From Malacoraja senta (Eukaryota), in NCBI GenBank assembly GCA_038087875.1, contig CM075998.1, forward strand, positions 4,962,001 through 5,026,000: a stretch of 64,000 bases of DNA, in the 5' to 3' direction. The notes beneath the pieces were generated by a model. That model was not told where the DNA came from, made no database searches, and was given only the letters and a program-made list of their open reading frames with translations. Of the stretch, positions 27,173 through 39,503 are shown in pieces. The first letter of the stretch is position 1; every line of letters begins with the position of its first letter. The position numbers and the translations under genes were made by a program.

Positions 27173-28823
27173 CAGTGCCCGCCATAATGTTTGGGGCAAA
27201 GACCCATCATTTATTTATTTGCCTCTGTACTCCACAATTTGAGATTTGTAATAGAAAAAATCATATGTTGTTTAAGTGCACATTGTCAGATTTCAATAAA
27301 GGCCATTTTTATACATTTTGGTTTCACCATGTAGAAATTACAGCAGTGTTTATACATAGTCCCCCCATTTCAAGGCACCATAATGTTTGGGACACAGCAG
27401 TGTCATGTAAATTAAAGTAGTCATGTTTAGTATTTTGTTGCATATCCTTTGCATGTAATGACTGCTTGAAGTCTGCGATTCATGGACATCACCAGTTGCT
27501 GGGTGTCTTCTCTGGTGATGCTCTGCCAGGGCTGTATTGCAGCCATCTTTAGCTTACGCTTGTTTTGGGGGCTAGTCCCCTTCAGTTTTCTCTTCAGCAT
27601 ATAAAAGACATGCTCAATTGGGTTCAGATCAGGTGATTGACTTGGCCACTCAAGAATATACCATTTTTTAGCTTTGAAAAACTCCTTTGTTGCTTTAGCA
27701 GTGTGTTTGGGATCATTGTCTTGCTGTAGAATGAACCGCCGGCCAATGAGTTTTGAGGCATTTGTTTGAACTTGAGCAGATAGGATGTGTCTATACACTT
27801 CAGAATTCATTATGCTACTACCATCAGCAGTTGTGTCTTCAATGAAGATAAGTGAGCCAGTACCTTCAGCAGTTATACATGCAAGGCCATAACACCCCCA
27901 CCACTGTGTTTCACAGATGAGGTGGTATGCTTTGGATCTTGGGCAGTTCCTTCTCTCCTCCATACTTTGCTCTTGCCATCACTCTGATATAAGTTAATCT
28001 TCGTCTCATCTGTCCACAAAATCTTTTTCCAGAACTGTGGTTGCTCTTTTAAGTACTTCTTGGCAAACTGTAACCAGGCCATCCTATTTTTGCGGCTAAC
28101 CAGTGGTTTGCATCTTGCAGTGTAGCCTCTGTATTTCTGTTCATGAAGTCTTCTGCGGACAGTGGTCATTGACAAATCCACACCTGAATGCTGAAGAGTG
28201 TTTCTGATGTGTCGGACAGGTGTTTGGGTTTTTTCCTCTTTTATAGAGAGAATTCTTCTGTCATCAGCTGTGGAGGTCTTCCTTGGCCTGCCACTCCCTT
28301 TGCGATTAGTAAGCTCACCAGTGCTCTCTTTCTTCTTAATGATGTTCCAAACAGTTGATTTTGGTCAGCTTAATGTTTGGCTGATGTCTCTAACAGTTTT
28401 ATTCTTGTTTCTCAGTCTCATAATGGCTTCTTTGACTTTCATTGGCACAACTTTGGTCCTCATGTTGATAAACAGCAATAAAAGTTTCCAAAGGTGATGG
28501 AAAGACTGGAGGAAAGACTAGGTGCTGAGAGCTCTCTTATACCTGCATTAAGGAGGCAGTTAAACACACCTGAGCAATTACAAACACCTGTGAAGCCATG
28601 TGTCCCAAACATTATGGTGCCCTGAAATGGGGGGACTATGTATAAACACAGCTGTAATTTCTACATGGTGAAACCAAAATGTATAAAAATACCCTTTAAT
28701 AAAATTTGACAATGTGCACTTTAACCACATGTGATTTTTTTCTAATACAAATCTCAAATTGTGGAGTACAGAGGGAAATAAATAAATGATGGGTCTTTGT
28801 CCCAAACATTATGGAGGGCACTC
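27173..28823 (-). mobile_element. Tc1-like DNA transposon, copy 2, defective transposase
   Basis: TA|CAGTG...CACTC|TA ends. DD34E motifs LWTDETK, QQDNDPKH and SPDLNPIE are split by frameshifts. Same family as copy 1. Confidence 0.95.
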
Positions 28824-29924
28824 TAATCATCTTGACTCAGCACTGTGGGACTCAAACCCACGCAGACAGAAACCCGCTCCGTCACGTTTATTCTGGCTTC
28901 GGCTGCGCTCTTTGCCCAGGTGCTGGATTCGAACGACTAGCGGCACGGAAGAATCAATGCAAGGAAAGCCCGTACCTTTGTACCATTATTGTCCCGCTAG
29001 GCTTCCCAATTACACAGAATGCCACTTTCACAATTCCCATTGTAAATATACCCGAATCACCAATTTCCCCAAATGAAATGAGGGCATCTAATGTCCGGAG
29101 AAGAGACGCTCACATTTCTAGCACCTTAACCTGGATTCCACATTGGCCAGTGTGGAAACCAGGTCGACCTGGAATCTATTTTGAAAGATAGAAACAGTAA
29201 AAAGACACAAAAGTCCACGTTGGCTCTTTAATTCTTCACTCCTGTTAGTTGAATGGCCTGCGCCTCTCTTTCTTTAGAGCCTTCACAAATAACTAGGAAA
29301 CTTAGAATGAACAATTAATTTCCACAGTGAAAACCTCCAACACATAATCCAAAGAGCCAAGGGAACAATTAAAGGTGGACAAAAGTGCTAGAGAAACTCA
29401 GCGGGTGAGTTCCTACAGCATTTTTGTCCACCTTCAATTTTCCAGCATCTGCAGTTCCTTCTTAAACGAGGAAACAATGAATGTGTCTCTCCACTTCCAC
29501 TCAACTTCTTAAAGAGACGAAGGGGCAGAATCTTTCATTGACATCCCATTCCGTCTGGAACAAAGGATAAATTCAACATTTGCACAGTTTAAAAAAAAAT
29601 TGAGATTAAAGTTTCTTTTCAAATCTTAAAAGCGTCTATTAAAAGATCAGTACGGGTGTCAGGGGAGAAGGCAGGAGAATGGGGTTGGGATGGGAGAGAT
29701 AGATCAGCCATGATTGAATGGCGGAGTTGACTCGATGGGCCGAATGGCCTAATTCTGCTCCTATGTCTGATGAACATATATATTGAACCAGCACTGATCG
29801 TTCATTGAACACGAAAGCTGGCAAATCTTCCTGTCATGTCGTTTGGAGTGAGTGTTTCGCTAGAGCTCAGAGCCCTAAAACTCCATGCTTGCATCTCTCT
29901 TTCTTCAGACCCATCACAAATAGG

Positions 29925-31730
29925 ACATAGACAGTAGGTGCAGGAGTTGGCCATTCAGCCCTTCGAGCCAGCACCGCCACTCACTGTGATCATCCAAAAT
30001 CAGTACCCCGTTCCTGCTTTCTCCCCATATCCCTTGGTTCCGTTAGCCCGAAGAGCTAAATCTAACTCTCTCTTGAAAACATCCAGTGAATTGGCCTCCA
30101 TTGCCTTCTGAGGCAGAGAATTCCACAGATTCACAACTCTCTGGGTGAAAATGTTTTTCCTCATCTCCATTCTAAATGACCAACCCCTTATTCTTAAACT
30201 GTGGCCACAGGTTCTGGACTCCCCCAACATCAGGAACATGTTTCCTGCCTCTAGCGTGCCAAACCCATAATAATCTTATATGTTTCAATAAGATCCCCTC
30301 TCATCCTTCTAAATTCCACAATGCACAAGCCCAGCCGCTCCATTCTATCAACATATGACAGTCCCACCATCCCAAGAATTAACCTCGTGAACCTACGCTG
30401 CACTCCCTCAATAGCAAGAATGTTCTTCCTCAAATTTGGAGACCAAAACTGCAAACAATACTCCAGGTGTGGTCTCACTAGGACCCTGTTCAACTGCAGA
30501 AGGACCTCTTTGCTCCTATACTCAACTCCTCTTGTTATGAAGGCCAACATACCATTAGCTTTCTTCACTGCCTGCTGTACCTGCATGCTTACTTTCATTG
30601 ACTGATGAACAAGGACCCCCAGATCTCGCTGTACTTCCCCTTTTCCCAACTTGACACCATTTAGATAGTAATCTGCCTTCCTGTTTTGCCACCAAAGTGG
30701 ATAACTTCACATTTATCCACATTAAACTGCATCTGCCCACTCCCCCAACCTGTCCAAATCACCCTGCATTCTCATAGCATCCTCCTCACAGTTCACACTG
30801 CCACCCAGCTTTGTGTCATCTGCAAATTTGCTAATGTTACTTTTAATCTCTTCATCCAAATCATTAATGTATATTGTAAATAGCTGCGGTCCCAGCACCG
30901 AGCCTTGTGGTACCCCACTAGTTACTGCCTGCCATTCTGAAAGGGACCCGTTTATCCCTACTCTTTGTTTCCTGTCTGCCAACCAATTTTCTATCCATGT
31001 CAGTACCCTACCCCCAATACCATGTGCTCTAATTTTGCCCACTAATCTCCTATGTGGGACCTTATCAAATGCTTTCTGAAAGTTCAGGTACACTACATCC
31101 ACTGACTCTCCCTTGTCCATTTTCCTCGTTACGTCCTTAAAGAATTCCAGAAGATTAGTCAACCATGATTTCCCCTTCGTAAATCCATGCTGACACGGAC
31201 CGATCCTGTTACTGCTATCCAAATGTGTGGCTATTTCATCTTTTATAATTGACTCCAGCATCTTCCCCACCACCGATGTCAGGCTAACTGGTCTATAATT
31301 ACCCGCTTTCTCTCTCCCTCCTTTCTTAAAAAGTGGGATAACATTAACTACCCTACAATCCACAAGAACTGATCCTGAATCTATAGAACACTGGAAAATT
31401 ATCACCAATGCGTCCACGATTTCGAGAGCCACTTCACCCTGGGATGCAGACCATCAGGCCCTGGGGATTTATCAGCCTTCAGTCCCATCAGTCTACCCAA
31501 CACCATTTCCTGCCTAATGTGAATTTCCTTCAGTTCCTCTGTCACCCCAGGTCCTCTGGCCACTAGTGCATCAGGGAGATTGTTTGGGTCTTCCTTAGTG
31601 AAGACAGATCCAAAGTAGCTGTTCAACTCATCTGCCATTTCCTTGTTGCCCATAATAAATTCACCTTTTTCAGTCTTCAAGGGTCCAACTTTGGTCTTAA
31701 CTAATTTTTTCCTCTTCACATACCTAAAGC
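29925..31730 (-). mobile_element. 5'-truncated CR1 LINE (RT and 3' tail)
   Basis: ORFs 30722-31432 and 30251-30649 with GVPQGSVLGP, KFADD and RPHLEYC. Confidence 0.92.
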
Positions 31731-31989
31731 TCTGCATTTGTTTCCACATATACCCTAATTCCTTTGCCGAGCCATCCTTTTGGGCTCTGAACTGCCCGTA
31801 ATCATCTAGCTTCGCACAGTGGGACTCAAACCCTCTCTCGCCGGGACCCAGGTTACTCACGTTTATTCCGACGTTGGCAAAGGCCATCGCCCACCTGGAT
31901 TCAAACAGGTACTAGTGGCAGAAAAGACTCGGTGCAAGGAAAAGCCTTACCTCTTTCTATGCCGGCTGAGCCGGCTGTCACCAGAGATC

Positions 31990-32430
31990 CTTTTTCACAA
32001 ATCCAAGTCGGTGGAAGAGATTCCCGATCTCAAATCTGCCGGAATAATTTGCAAGAGACGTGAGTGAGAATAAACCACTATTCCCGATGACTTGCCAGGC
32101 AAGGAGAACAGTCAATGGGACTGTTCTGCAGTCTGAAGCTGTGCAGCCTTTTTATACCATTTTTGATATCGGAGATGCCAAGTCAGTCACGTACACTTGT
32201 GTTCAAGGTTTGCTGTTGTGATCCGGCTTTCTCTCATTCTCCCCTTAGCATCACGAAAAAACAAGATGGGCGGATAGATGTTAAACTCGTTGACCTTGTG
32301 GGTCAGTGTGACCAGACATGATGATCCGAGCACAGATGGGTTAGAGCTCAGCTTCCCCAATTAGCACGGTATGAAGCGCTGCCCATCCATGTTCATGACA
32401 AAGTGGGAGAGCAGCTATGCTCTGACCACA
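31990..32430 (-). repeat. ERV 5' LTR
   Basis: Begins TGTGG at 32430. Shares blocks such as gtgatccggc.ttctctcattctccccttagca and ttgtgggtcagtgtgacc.gacatgatgatcc with 13450-13580. TATAAAA on the minus strand at ~32150. Followed by TGGTGAC (PBS-like) and a GAGGTAAGG donor. Confidence 0.65.
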
Positions 32431-34810
32431 ATCCCCACATGATTATATTGTTAAATTATAACAGGCCTATTATAATAGGCCAATTCCAGACACTTGCCTC
32501 TAAAGCTCTGAGCTCTGAACTGCAAACGACTATATTATTATTATTGCACTATATTTGTTATTTATTGACATTTTTCTTTATTTTCTCTTCCCCCATTATA
32601 TACAATGTTTACATATTCACTCTTTCTGTTGTGCTGCAGCAAGTAGGAATTTCATTGTCCCATCCGGGACATATGACAATAAAACACTCTTGACTCTTGA
32701 GTTGAAAAGATTGAAAAGTTGGGTTAAGATTGAAAAGACTAGGCTTGTATTCACTGGAGTTTAGCAGGATGAGGGGGGGGTTCTTATAGAAACATATACA
32801 ATTATAAAAGGACTGGACAAGCTAGGTGCAGGAAAAATGTTCCCAATGTTGGGCGAGTCCAGAACCAGGGGCCACACAGTCTTAGAATAAAGGGGAGGCC
32901 ATTTAAGACTGAGGTGAGAAAAAACTTTTTCACCCAGAGAGTTGTGAATTTGTGGAATTCCCTGCCACAGAGGGCAGTGGAGGACAAGTCACTGGATGGA
33001 TTTAAGAGAGAGTTAGATAGAACTCTAGGGGCTAGTGGAGTCAGGGGATATGGGGAGAAGGCAGGCACGGGTTATTGATAGGGGACGATCAGCCATGATC
33101 ACAATGACCGAATGGCCTCCTCCTGCACCTATTTTCTATGTTTCTATGTTTATTGTCACGTGTACAGTGACAAGCTTTTGTTGCATGCTACCCAGTCAGC
33201 GGAAAGACAATATATGATTACAATCGAGCTATTCACAATGTACAGATACATGATGAAGGGATATAACGTGAATAACGTTCAGGATAAAGTCCAGTAAAGT
33301 CTGATCAAAGATAGTCCGAGGGTCTCCAGTGAGGTAGAGAGCAGCTCAGGACCGCTCTCTAGTTGTTGGTAGGATGGTTCAGTTTGCTGGTCGATTGGCT
33401 ACTTTTCCATTTCAAGGCCTCACTCAAATGGTAGATCACAGAGGCATACAGCACAGAAACAGGCCCTTCGGCCCAACTCATTGATACGGACCAAAATGCC
33501 CCATCTAAGCTCGCCCCATTTACCCACTTAGCTAGCCCATATCCCTCTAAATCGTTCCGATCCATGTACCTGTCCAAATGTCTCGGGTCCTGACCAGTTT
33601 AGGGTCCTACCGCTGCTGGACATTGAGGGGGCAGAGTCCAGTGGGGACCCCCTCAAACAAGGAAGGGAGACCACCCCAGGGGGCGCAGGAGTGACAAGGG
33701 AGTTTTGTCTAAGGGCAGACAATAGACAATAGGTGGAGTAGGCCATTCGGCCCTTCGAGCCATTCAATGTGATCATGGCTGATCATCCACAATCAGTACC
33801 CCGTTCCTGCCTTCTCCCCATATCCCCTGACTCCGCTATTTTTAAGAGCCCTATCTAGCTCTCTCTTGAAAGCATCCAGAGAACCGGCCTCCACCGCCCT
33901 CTGAGGCAGAGAATCCCACAGACTCACCACTCTGTGAGAAAAAGTGTTTCCTCGTCTCCGTTCTAAATGGCTTACTCCTTATTCTTAAACAGGTGCAGGT
34001 GCAAACACAACTGTGTCTGACTGTGTTGAGTATATACACACTGGGAATGTATGAACAGTTTTTGCACAATTTGTTTGTTTTTTGTATTTTTTATTTGGAA
34101 TAAGGTTTCGTTTTCAAATTTAAAAAAAGGTCTTCCAAAAGATTAGTACGGGTGTCAAAGGGTACGGGGAGAAGGCAGGAGAATGGGGCTGAGATGGGAG
34201 AAGTAGATCAGCCACGATTGAACGGTGGAGTAGACTCGATGGGCTGCATGGCCTAATTCTGCTCCAATGTCTGATGAACCAGCACTGATCGCTCATTGAA
34301 CACAAAAGCTATCAACTCTTCCTGTGGCCATTTGGAGGGAGTGTTTTGCTGGAGCTCACAGCTCTAAAACTGCATGCTTGCACCTCTCTTTCTTTAGACC
34401 CTTCATAAATAATTGGAAAGTGGAATAAACAATTAATGGCTGATCATCCACAATCAGTACCCCGTTCCTGCCTTCTCCCCATATCCCCTGACTCCGCTAT
34501 CTTTAAAGAGCTCTATCTAACTCTCTCTTGAAAGTATCCAGAGAACTGGCCTCTACTGCCTTCTGAGGCAGAGAATTCCACAGACTCACCACTCTCTGGG
34601 TGAAAAAGTGTTTCCTCGTCTCCGTTCTAAATGGCTTACCCCTTATTCTTAAACTGTGTGGTCCCTGGTTCTGGACTCCCCCAACATCGGGAACATGTTT
34701 CCTGCCTCTAGTGTGTCCAAACCCTTAACCCTTATATGTTTCAATAAGATCCCCTCTCATCCTTCTAAACTCCAGAGTGTACAAGCCCAGCCGCTCCATT
34801 TTATCAACAT

Positions 34811-35330
34811 ATGACGTTTCACAGAGTGCAGGAGTAACTCAGTGGGTCAAGCAGCATCTGTGGAGAACATGGATAGGTGACGTTTCACAGAGTGCAGGAG
34901 TAACTCAGCGGGTCAGGCAGCATCTGTGGAGAACATGGATAGGTGACGTTTCACAGAGTGCTGGAGTAACTCAGCGGGTCAGGCAGCATCTGTGGAGAAC
35001 ATGGATAGGTGACGTTTCACAGAGTGCTGGAGTAACTCAGCGGGTCAGGCAGCATCTGTGGAGAACATGGATAGGTGACGTTTCACAGAGTGCTGGAGTA
35101 ACTCAGCGGGACAGGCAGCATCTGTGGAGAACATGGATAGGTGACGTTTCACAGAGTGCTGGAGTAACTCAGCGGGTCAGGCAGCATCTGTGGAGAACAT
35201 GCATAGGTGACGTTTCACAGAGTGCTGGAGTAACTCAGCGGGACAGGCAGCATCTGTGGAGAACATGGATAGGTGACGTTTCACAGAGTGCTGGAGTAAC
35301 TCAGCGGGACAGGCAGCGTCTCTGGAGAGA
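34811..35330. repeat. 66-bp Penelope-derived minisatellite (about 8 units)
   Basis: Same unit. Further arrays at 44005-44215 (reverse orientation) and 59865-60066. Confidence 0.92.
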
Positions 35331-36113
35331 AGGAATGAGTGACATTTAGGGTCGAGACCCTTCTTCATCTCGACCCGAAACGTCACCCATTCCTTCTCTC
35401 CAGAGATGCTGCCTGTCCCGCTGAGTTACTCCAGCTTTTTGTGGCTATCTTCAGTTTAAACCAGCATCTGCCGTTCCTTCCTGCACCTCACATTTCAAAC
35501 TCTGATCTAAATCAAGTCAAGTCTATTCGTCACATACACATACGGGATGTGCAGTGAAATGAAAAGTGGCGATGCTCGCGGATCGTGCAAAAAACTACAA
35601 AACAGAACGGAACAGAATCAGTAATATATAGTTTGTGAGGGCTTGCAGAAAATTGATGGGGTTAGCTTATTTTAAAAAAACAACACCATTATCTCCATGA
35701 GCATAAATCTACTTAACACTGTGTCAAAGAACAGCTTGTGACTCAAGGTTACAACTGATAATAGTCGAGACAGAAAGTGAACAGTTAATCCCTTCCTGGT
35801 GGGATGGTACGTGCATCAGTAAAGTGCAATCTATTCGGAAAGTAAACTGCATCCTAATTATCCTATTATAGAGAAAGAAGCCTATTTTTCTAGCGTGTGT
35901 TCAGTGTGAACGTTGTTAGTTGAATGGCCAGTGTCTTTTATCTGTCAGTTACGTTCAGTCTTCAATATTTTAGTTGCAAATCCATAGATTTTTCTTGTTT
36001 TGTTAGTTATAATATGTCCAGTTTTTAGTTAAGGTCTCCAGATCTGTTAATGCTTTGCTCTGATACTGTAGAACCGCAGTTTTAAAGACTAATTAATCAC
36101 AAGTAATTAATAC

Positions 36114-37399
36114 CAAAGATACTAGAGGAGCAAGATAGACCACTCCTCCGAAATCCAATGGACTGACGTGTAGTACGTAACGGAACGTCACCGCCGCCAT
36201 TTGTTTATGCCAAACGCCACTTCCGGTATGCCTCCCGCTGTGCACTCCGCTCTATCATCCCTTGTATTGCTTTAACACACACTGTGCACAAAATTAAATT
36301 GAACTTATATATATATTTATATGAATGTGTGTTTGTGTGTGCCTGTGTGTGAGAGGCAAGTTAAGGGCATGTACCCACCAGCGTGCGATTGCATGCGTCT
36401 AGCGCGACCAAACGTGGTCGCTTGAAAAATCTTGCATTGTCCGAAAATCCCGCGCGCCAACGGCCTGTCGGCCAGCAGGCGCATTGAGGGCGTACGCAGC
36501 GTCTCGACGGGCGTACGCAGCGTCTTGATGCTGTACGCAGAGTGTCGACGGCGTACGCCTAGTGCAAGAGTTGTTTTTTAAATGTGCTATATAAATAAAA
36601 GTGACTTGACTTGACATATTCCTCTAGATTCTTTCTTCAGAGAGGGAGAAGGGGAGAGGGAGAAGGGGGAGAGGGAGAGGGAGAGGAAGGGGGAGAAGAG
36701 AGAGAGGGAGAAGGGGGAGAGGGAGGGGGAGAGGGAGAGTGGAACGATAGCACGTTATAACGCGCAGCCGTCCCATTCCGACCAAAGATTATAGAGCAGA
36801 GCTCCTCTAGTATCTTTGATTCCGACCGCCGCCGCCGAGCCCCCCGACCCACCATTGCACCCAAAGATGAGAGAGCGGAGTTCTATAATCTTTGATTGCA
36901 CCCTTCTTCACGGCGGGCTTGTGATCTTTGCTTGTGATGTCTCGACAATTCGAGGGACATAATCGGTAACAGCCGCCGCGTTCTCGGACTCGAATCGGGC
37001 CATATTTTGGAGACCCTTGCCTTACAAGAACAAAACCAAAAACGTACAGAAGTGTTAAAATGATTGTCTTTATTATTGTGGTAAGTAAAGATCTATTAAA
37101 AATAATTTAAATAACTTTCTAATGTACCGACAAACCTAGTTTCCCAATGGCCATTGATGGGAGAACAGAAAATAACATTTTCATGACAGAATATCGACAG
37201 AAAATAATAATATTTTCTCACCTTTCTTTGTTATTGGGGAACCTAAAGAATGACAGGTCGGGTTGTCTACATTGACAATTAGAGCAATTGATAGCAGAGC
37301 AGTGAGATGAAGATTTAGATGTGGACGCCATGCCAGTGTGGGGGCAGCCCCATAAAATGGCGTTGACAATCACACATCTTGGCTCCTCTAGTATCTTTG
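36114..37399. mobile_element. Non-autonomous P-element-like DNA transposon (1286 bp)
   Basis: TIRs CAAAGATACTAGAGGAGC(C)AAGAT at both ends and a perfect 8-bp TSD ATTAATAC (36106-36113 and 37400-37407). The superfamily assignment is inferred. Confidence 0.7.
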
Positions 37400-38674
37400 A
37401 TTAATACTACTATCTTGTCATCTGTCTCGACATTCTACATTCCACAGTTTCTACTTACAGTCATGGTGACGCAGCGGTAGAGTTGCTGCCTCACAGCAGC
37501 GGAGACCCGGGTTCCATCCCGACTACGGGCGCTGTCTGTACGGAGTTTGTACCTTCTCCCCGTGGGTTTTCTCCGAGATCTTTCGGTTTCCTCTCACATT
37601 CTAAAGGCCTACAGGTTTGTAGGTTAATTGGCCTTGGTATAAATGTAAAAATTGTCCAGTATAAAATAGTCCAACTTCCGGTGGACTCTTCAAGGTACAA
37701 GCATCTTATCCTGAGGCCCCTCCACTTCATATTTCTGTTTCTCATTCTCTCTACCAGTTGGTCGTCACGGTGGCGCAGCGGTAGAGTTGCTGCCTCACAG
37801 CGCCAGAGACCTGGGTTCCATCCTGACTACGGGTGCTGTCTGTACGGAGTTTGCATGTTCTCCCTGTGACCCGCGTGGGTTTTCTCCGGGTGCTCCGGTT
37901 TCCTCCCACACTCCAAAGACGTGCAGGTTTGTAGGTTCATTGGCTTGGTATAAATGTAAACTGTCCCTAGTGTGTGTAGGATAGTGTTAGTGTACGGGGA
38001 TCGCTGAGCGGCGCGGACTCGGCGGGACGAAGGGCCTGTTTCCGTGCTGTAAAGTCTCTAACGTCTACTCTTACTCAGATCCATAATGTACCTATGGAGT
38101 TGTGCAACACCCTCTCTCATGACTCCCTCTCTGTGGTTCCTCCTTCTCTCCGGCTCTGCTGCCATGTTTTAACCCGGACTCACTACCACAGCCCCTCCGC
38201 CCCCATCTCAACCAGTTCCGGGTCCACCACGATGCACAGCTCTTCTTCCGTTGCCTCCGCGCCTTTTCGTATGGGAAGGAGTCCTCACCACCCAGTGATG
38301 ACCCCTTCTCCCATCTCCACCGGTCCCCCTCCTCTTGCACTCCCCCGGATGGCCCTCTACCCTCTTTAGACCGCTTTATTTCTAACTGCCGGCGTGACAT
38401 CAACCATCTAACCATTGTGGGCTCCACCTTTCCTTGGTCATCGGTGCCGGCTCTGATTTGTTCTGAACCGTTTCATATGTCTAGTTCCCCTCTCCCCCCG
38501 ACTCTCAGTTTTGCAAGGGGTCTCGCACCTGAAGCGTCACCCATTCCTTCTCTCCAGGGATGCTGCCTGTCCCGCTGAGTTAGGCCAGCACTTTGCGTCT
38601 AATTTTGGGGCAAACCAGCATCTGCAGTTCCTTCCAACACCCGACGGTGGCACAGTGCTAGAGTTGCTGCCTTG

Positions 38675-38822
38675 AGCACTCCTGAGGAGTGACACTGGTG
38701 ACTTCTGGCCGTGCTTTCACGGGATGTACCTCGTCATCAGCTGAAGGGCTTTGCCACCCGACCCATTCGAAGGCTGGTGGGCCGCAGCTTGTGCAAGCCG
38801 GGCCCCCCGTTAATGACGGAGT
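38675..38822 (-). pseudogene. GPD1: Possible heavily decayed GPD1 exon 6 relic
   Basis: After a ggttgtag acceptor the fragments VINGGPGL, LRMGRVAKPFS and VTSVTPQEC appear in the order of GPD1 VVAVGAGF, IRLGLMEMIAFAKLFC and VSSATFLESC, with stops and deletions. Similarity is weak but order and strand are right. Confidence 0.35.
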
Positions 38823-39432
38823 CTACAACCAGGGGTCAGAATTTAGTTTTGTTTAGTGTGGAGATACAGCAAGGAAACAGGCCCTTCGGCCCACCGAGAC
38901 CACGCCGACCATTGGTCACCCATTTGCGCTAGTTCTATGTTATCACATGTTCGCATCCACTCCCTACACATTAACGACAATTTACAGAGGGCCGATTAAC
39001 CTACAAAGCCGCATGTCTTTGGGATATGGGGCGAAACAAAGATGCTGCCAGGGCCTAAGGTTGAGGATGAGCAGGCTAGGACTTTATTCCCTGAAGCGCA
39101 AGAGGATGAGGGGCGATCTTATGAAGGTGTAGAAGACTGAGAGAGGAATAGGTCGGGTAAATTCAGAGTCTTTTACCCAGAGTAGGGGAATCGAGGACCA
39201 GAGGACATGGGTTTAAGGTGAAGGGGAAAGATTTAATAGGAATCTGAGGGGTAACTTTTTCACACAAAGGGTGGTGGGTGTATGGAACGAGCTGTGGGAA
39301 GAGGTTGTTAAGGCAGGGACTATCATAACATATAAGACACATTTGGACAGGTACAAGTAACGCACAATTGTAAAATTGAAAGCTAAAACTACAACCATTA
39401 AAACAAGCTCGCGTGGCAGTTTTGTCTACAAC

Positions 39433-39503
39433 TATGGCTCCACAGATCTCCATGGTGTAGACTCTTTCTCCACTCTGATCCAGAAGTCCTGTGCCTGCAT
39501 GAG
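39433..39503 (-). pseudogene. GPD1: GPD1 exon 5 relic (3' half) with frameshift
   Basis: Minus strand reads LMQAQDFWIRVEKES-[1-nt deletion, AC for GAC]-TMEICGAI versus GPD1 [25 protein letters not shown]. A SINE replaces the 5' half, and the Lys codon of GALK is absent. Confidence 0.82.

Larger units (their letters stand above)
13270..32430 (-). mobile_element. Ancient class-I (gamma/epsilon-like) endogenous retrovirus relic with many nested insertions
   Basis: Diverged direct repeats (LTRs) at ~31990-32430 and ~13270-14357 bracket minus-strand integrase and env fragments in the proper order. No RT was recognised. Confidence 0.75.

Noticed and set aside
19975..35349. 66-bp and 34-bp periodic arrays as CRISPR-like arrays or repeat-protein ORFs (WRTWIGDVSQSAGVTQRVRQHL)n
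   Set aside because: Units are contiguous with no unique spacers, derive from Penelope termini and sit in vertebrate DNA. The ORFs arise from unit length and phase.
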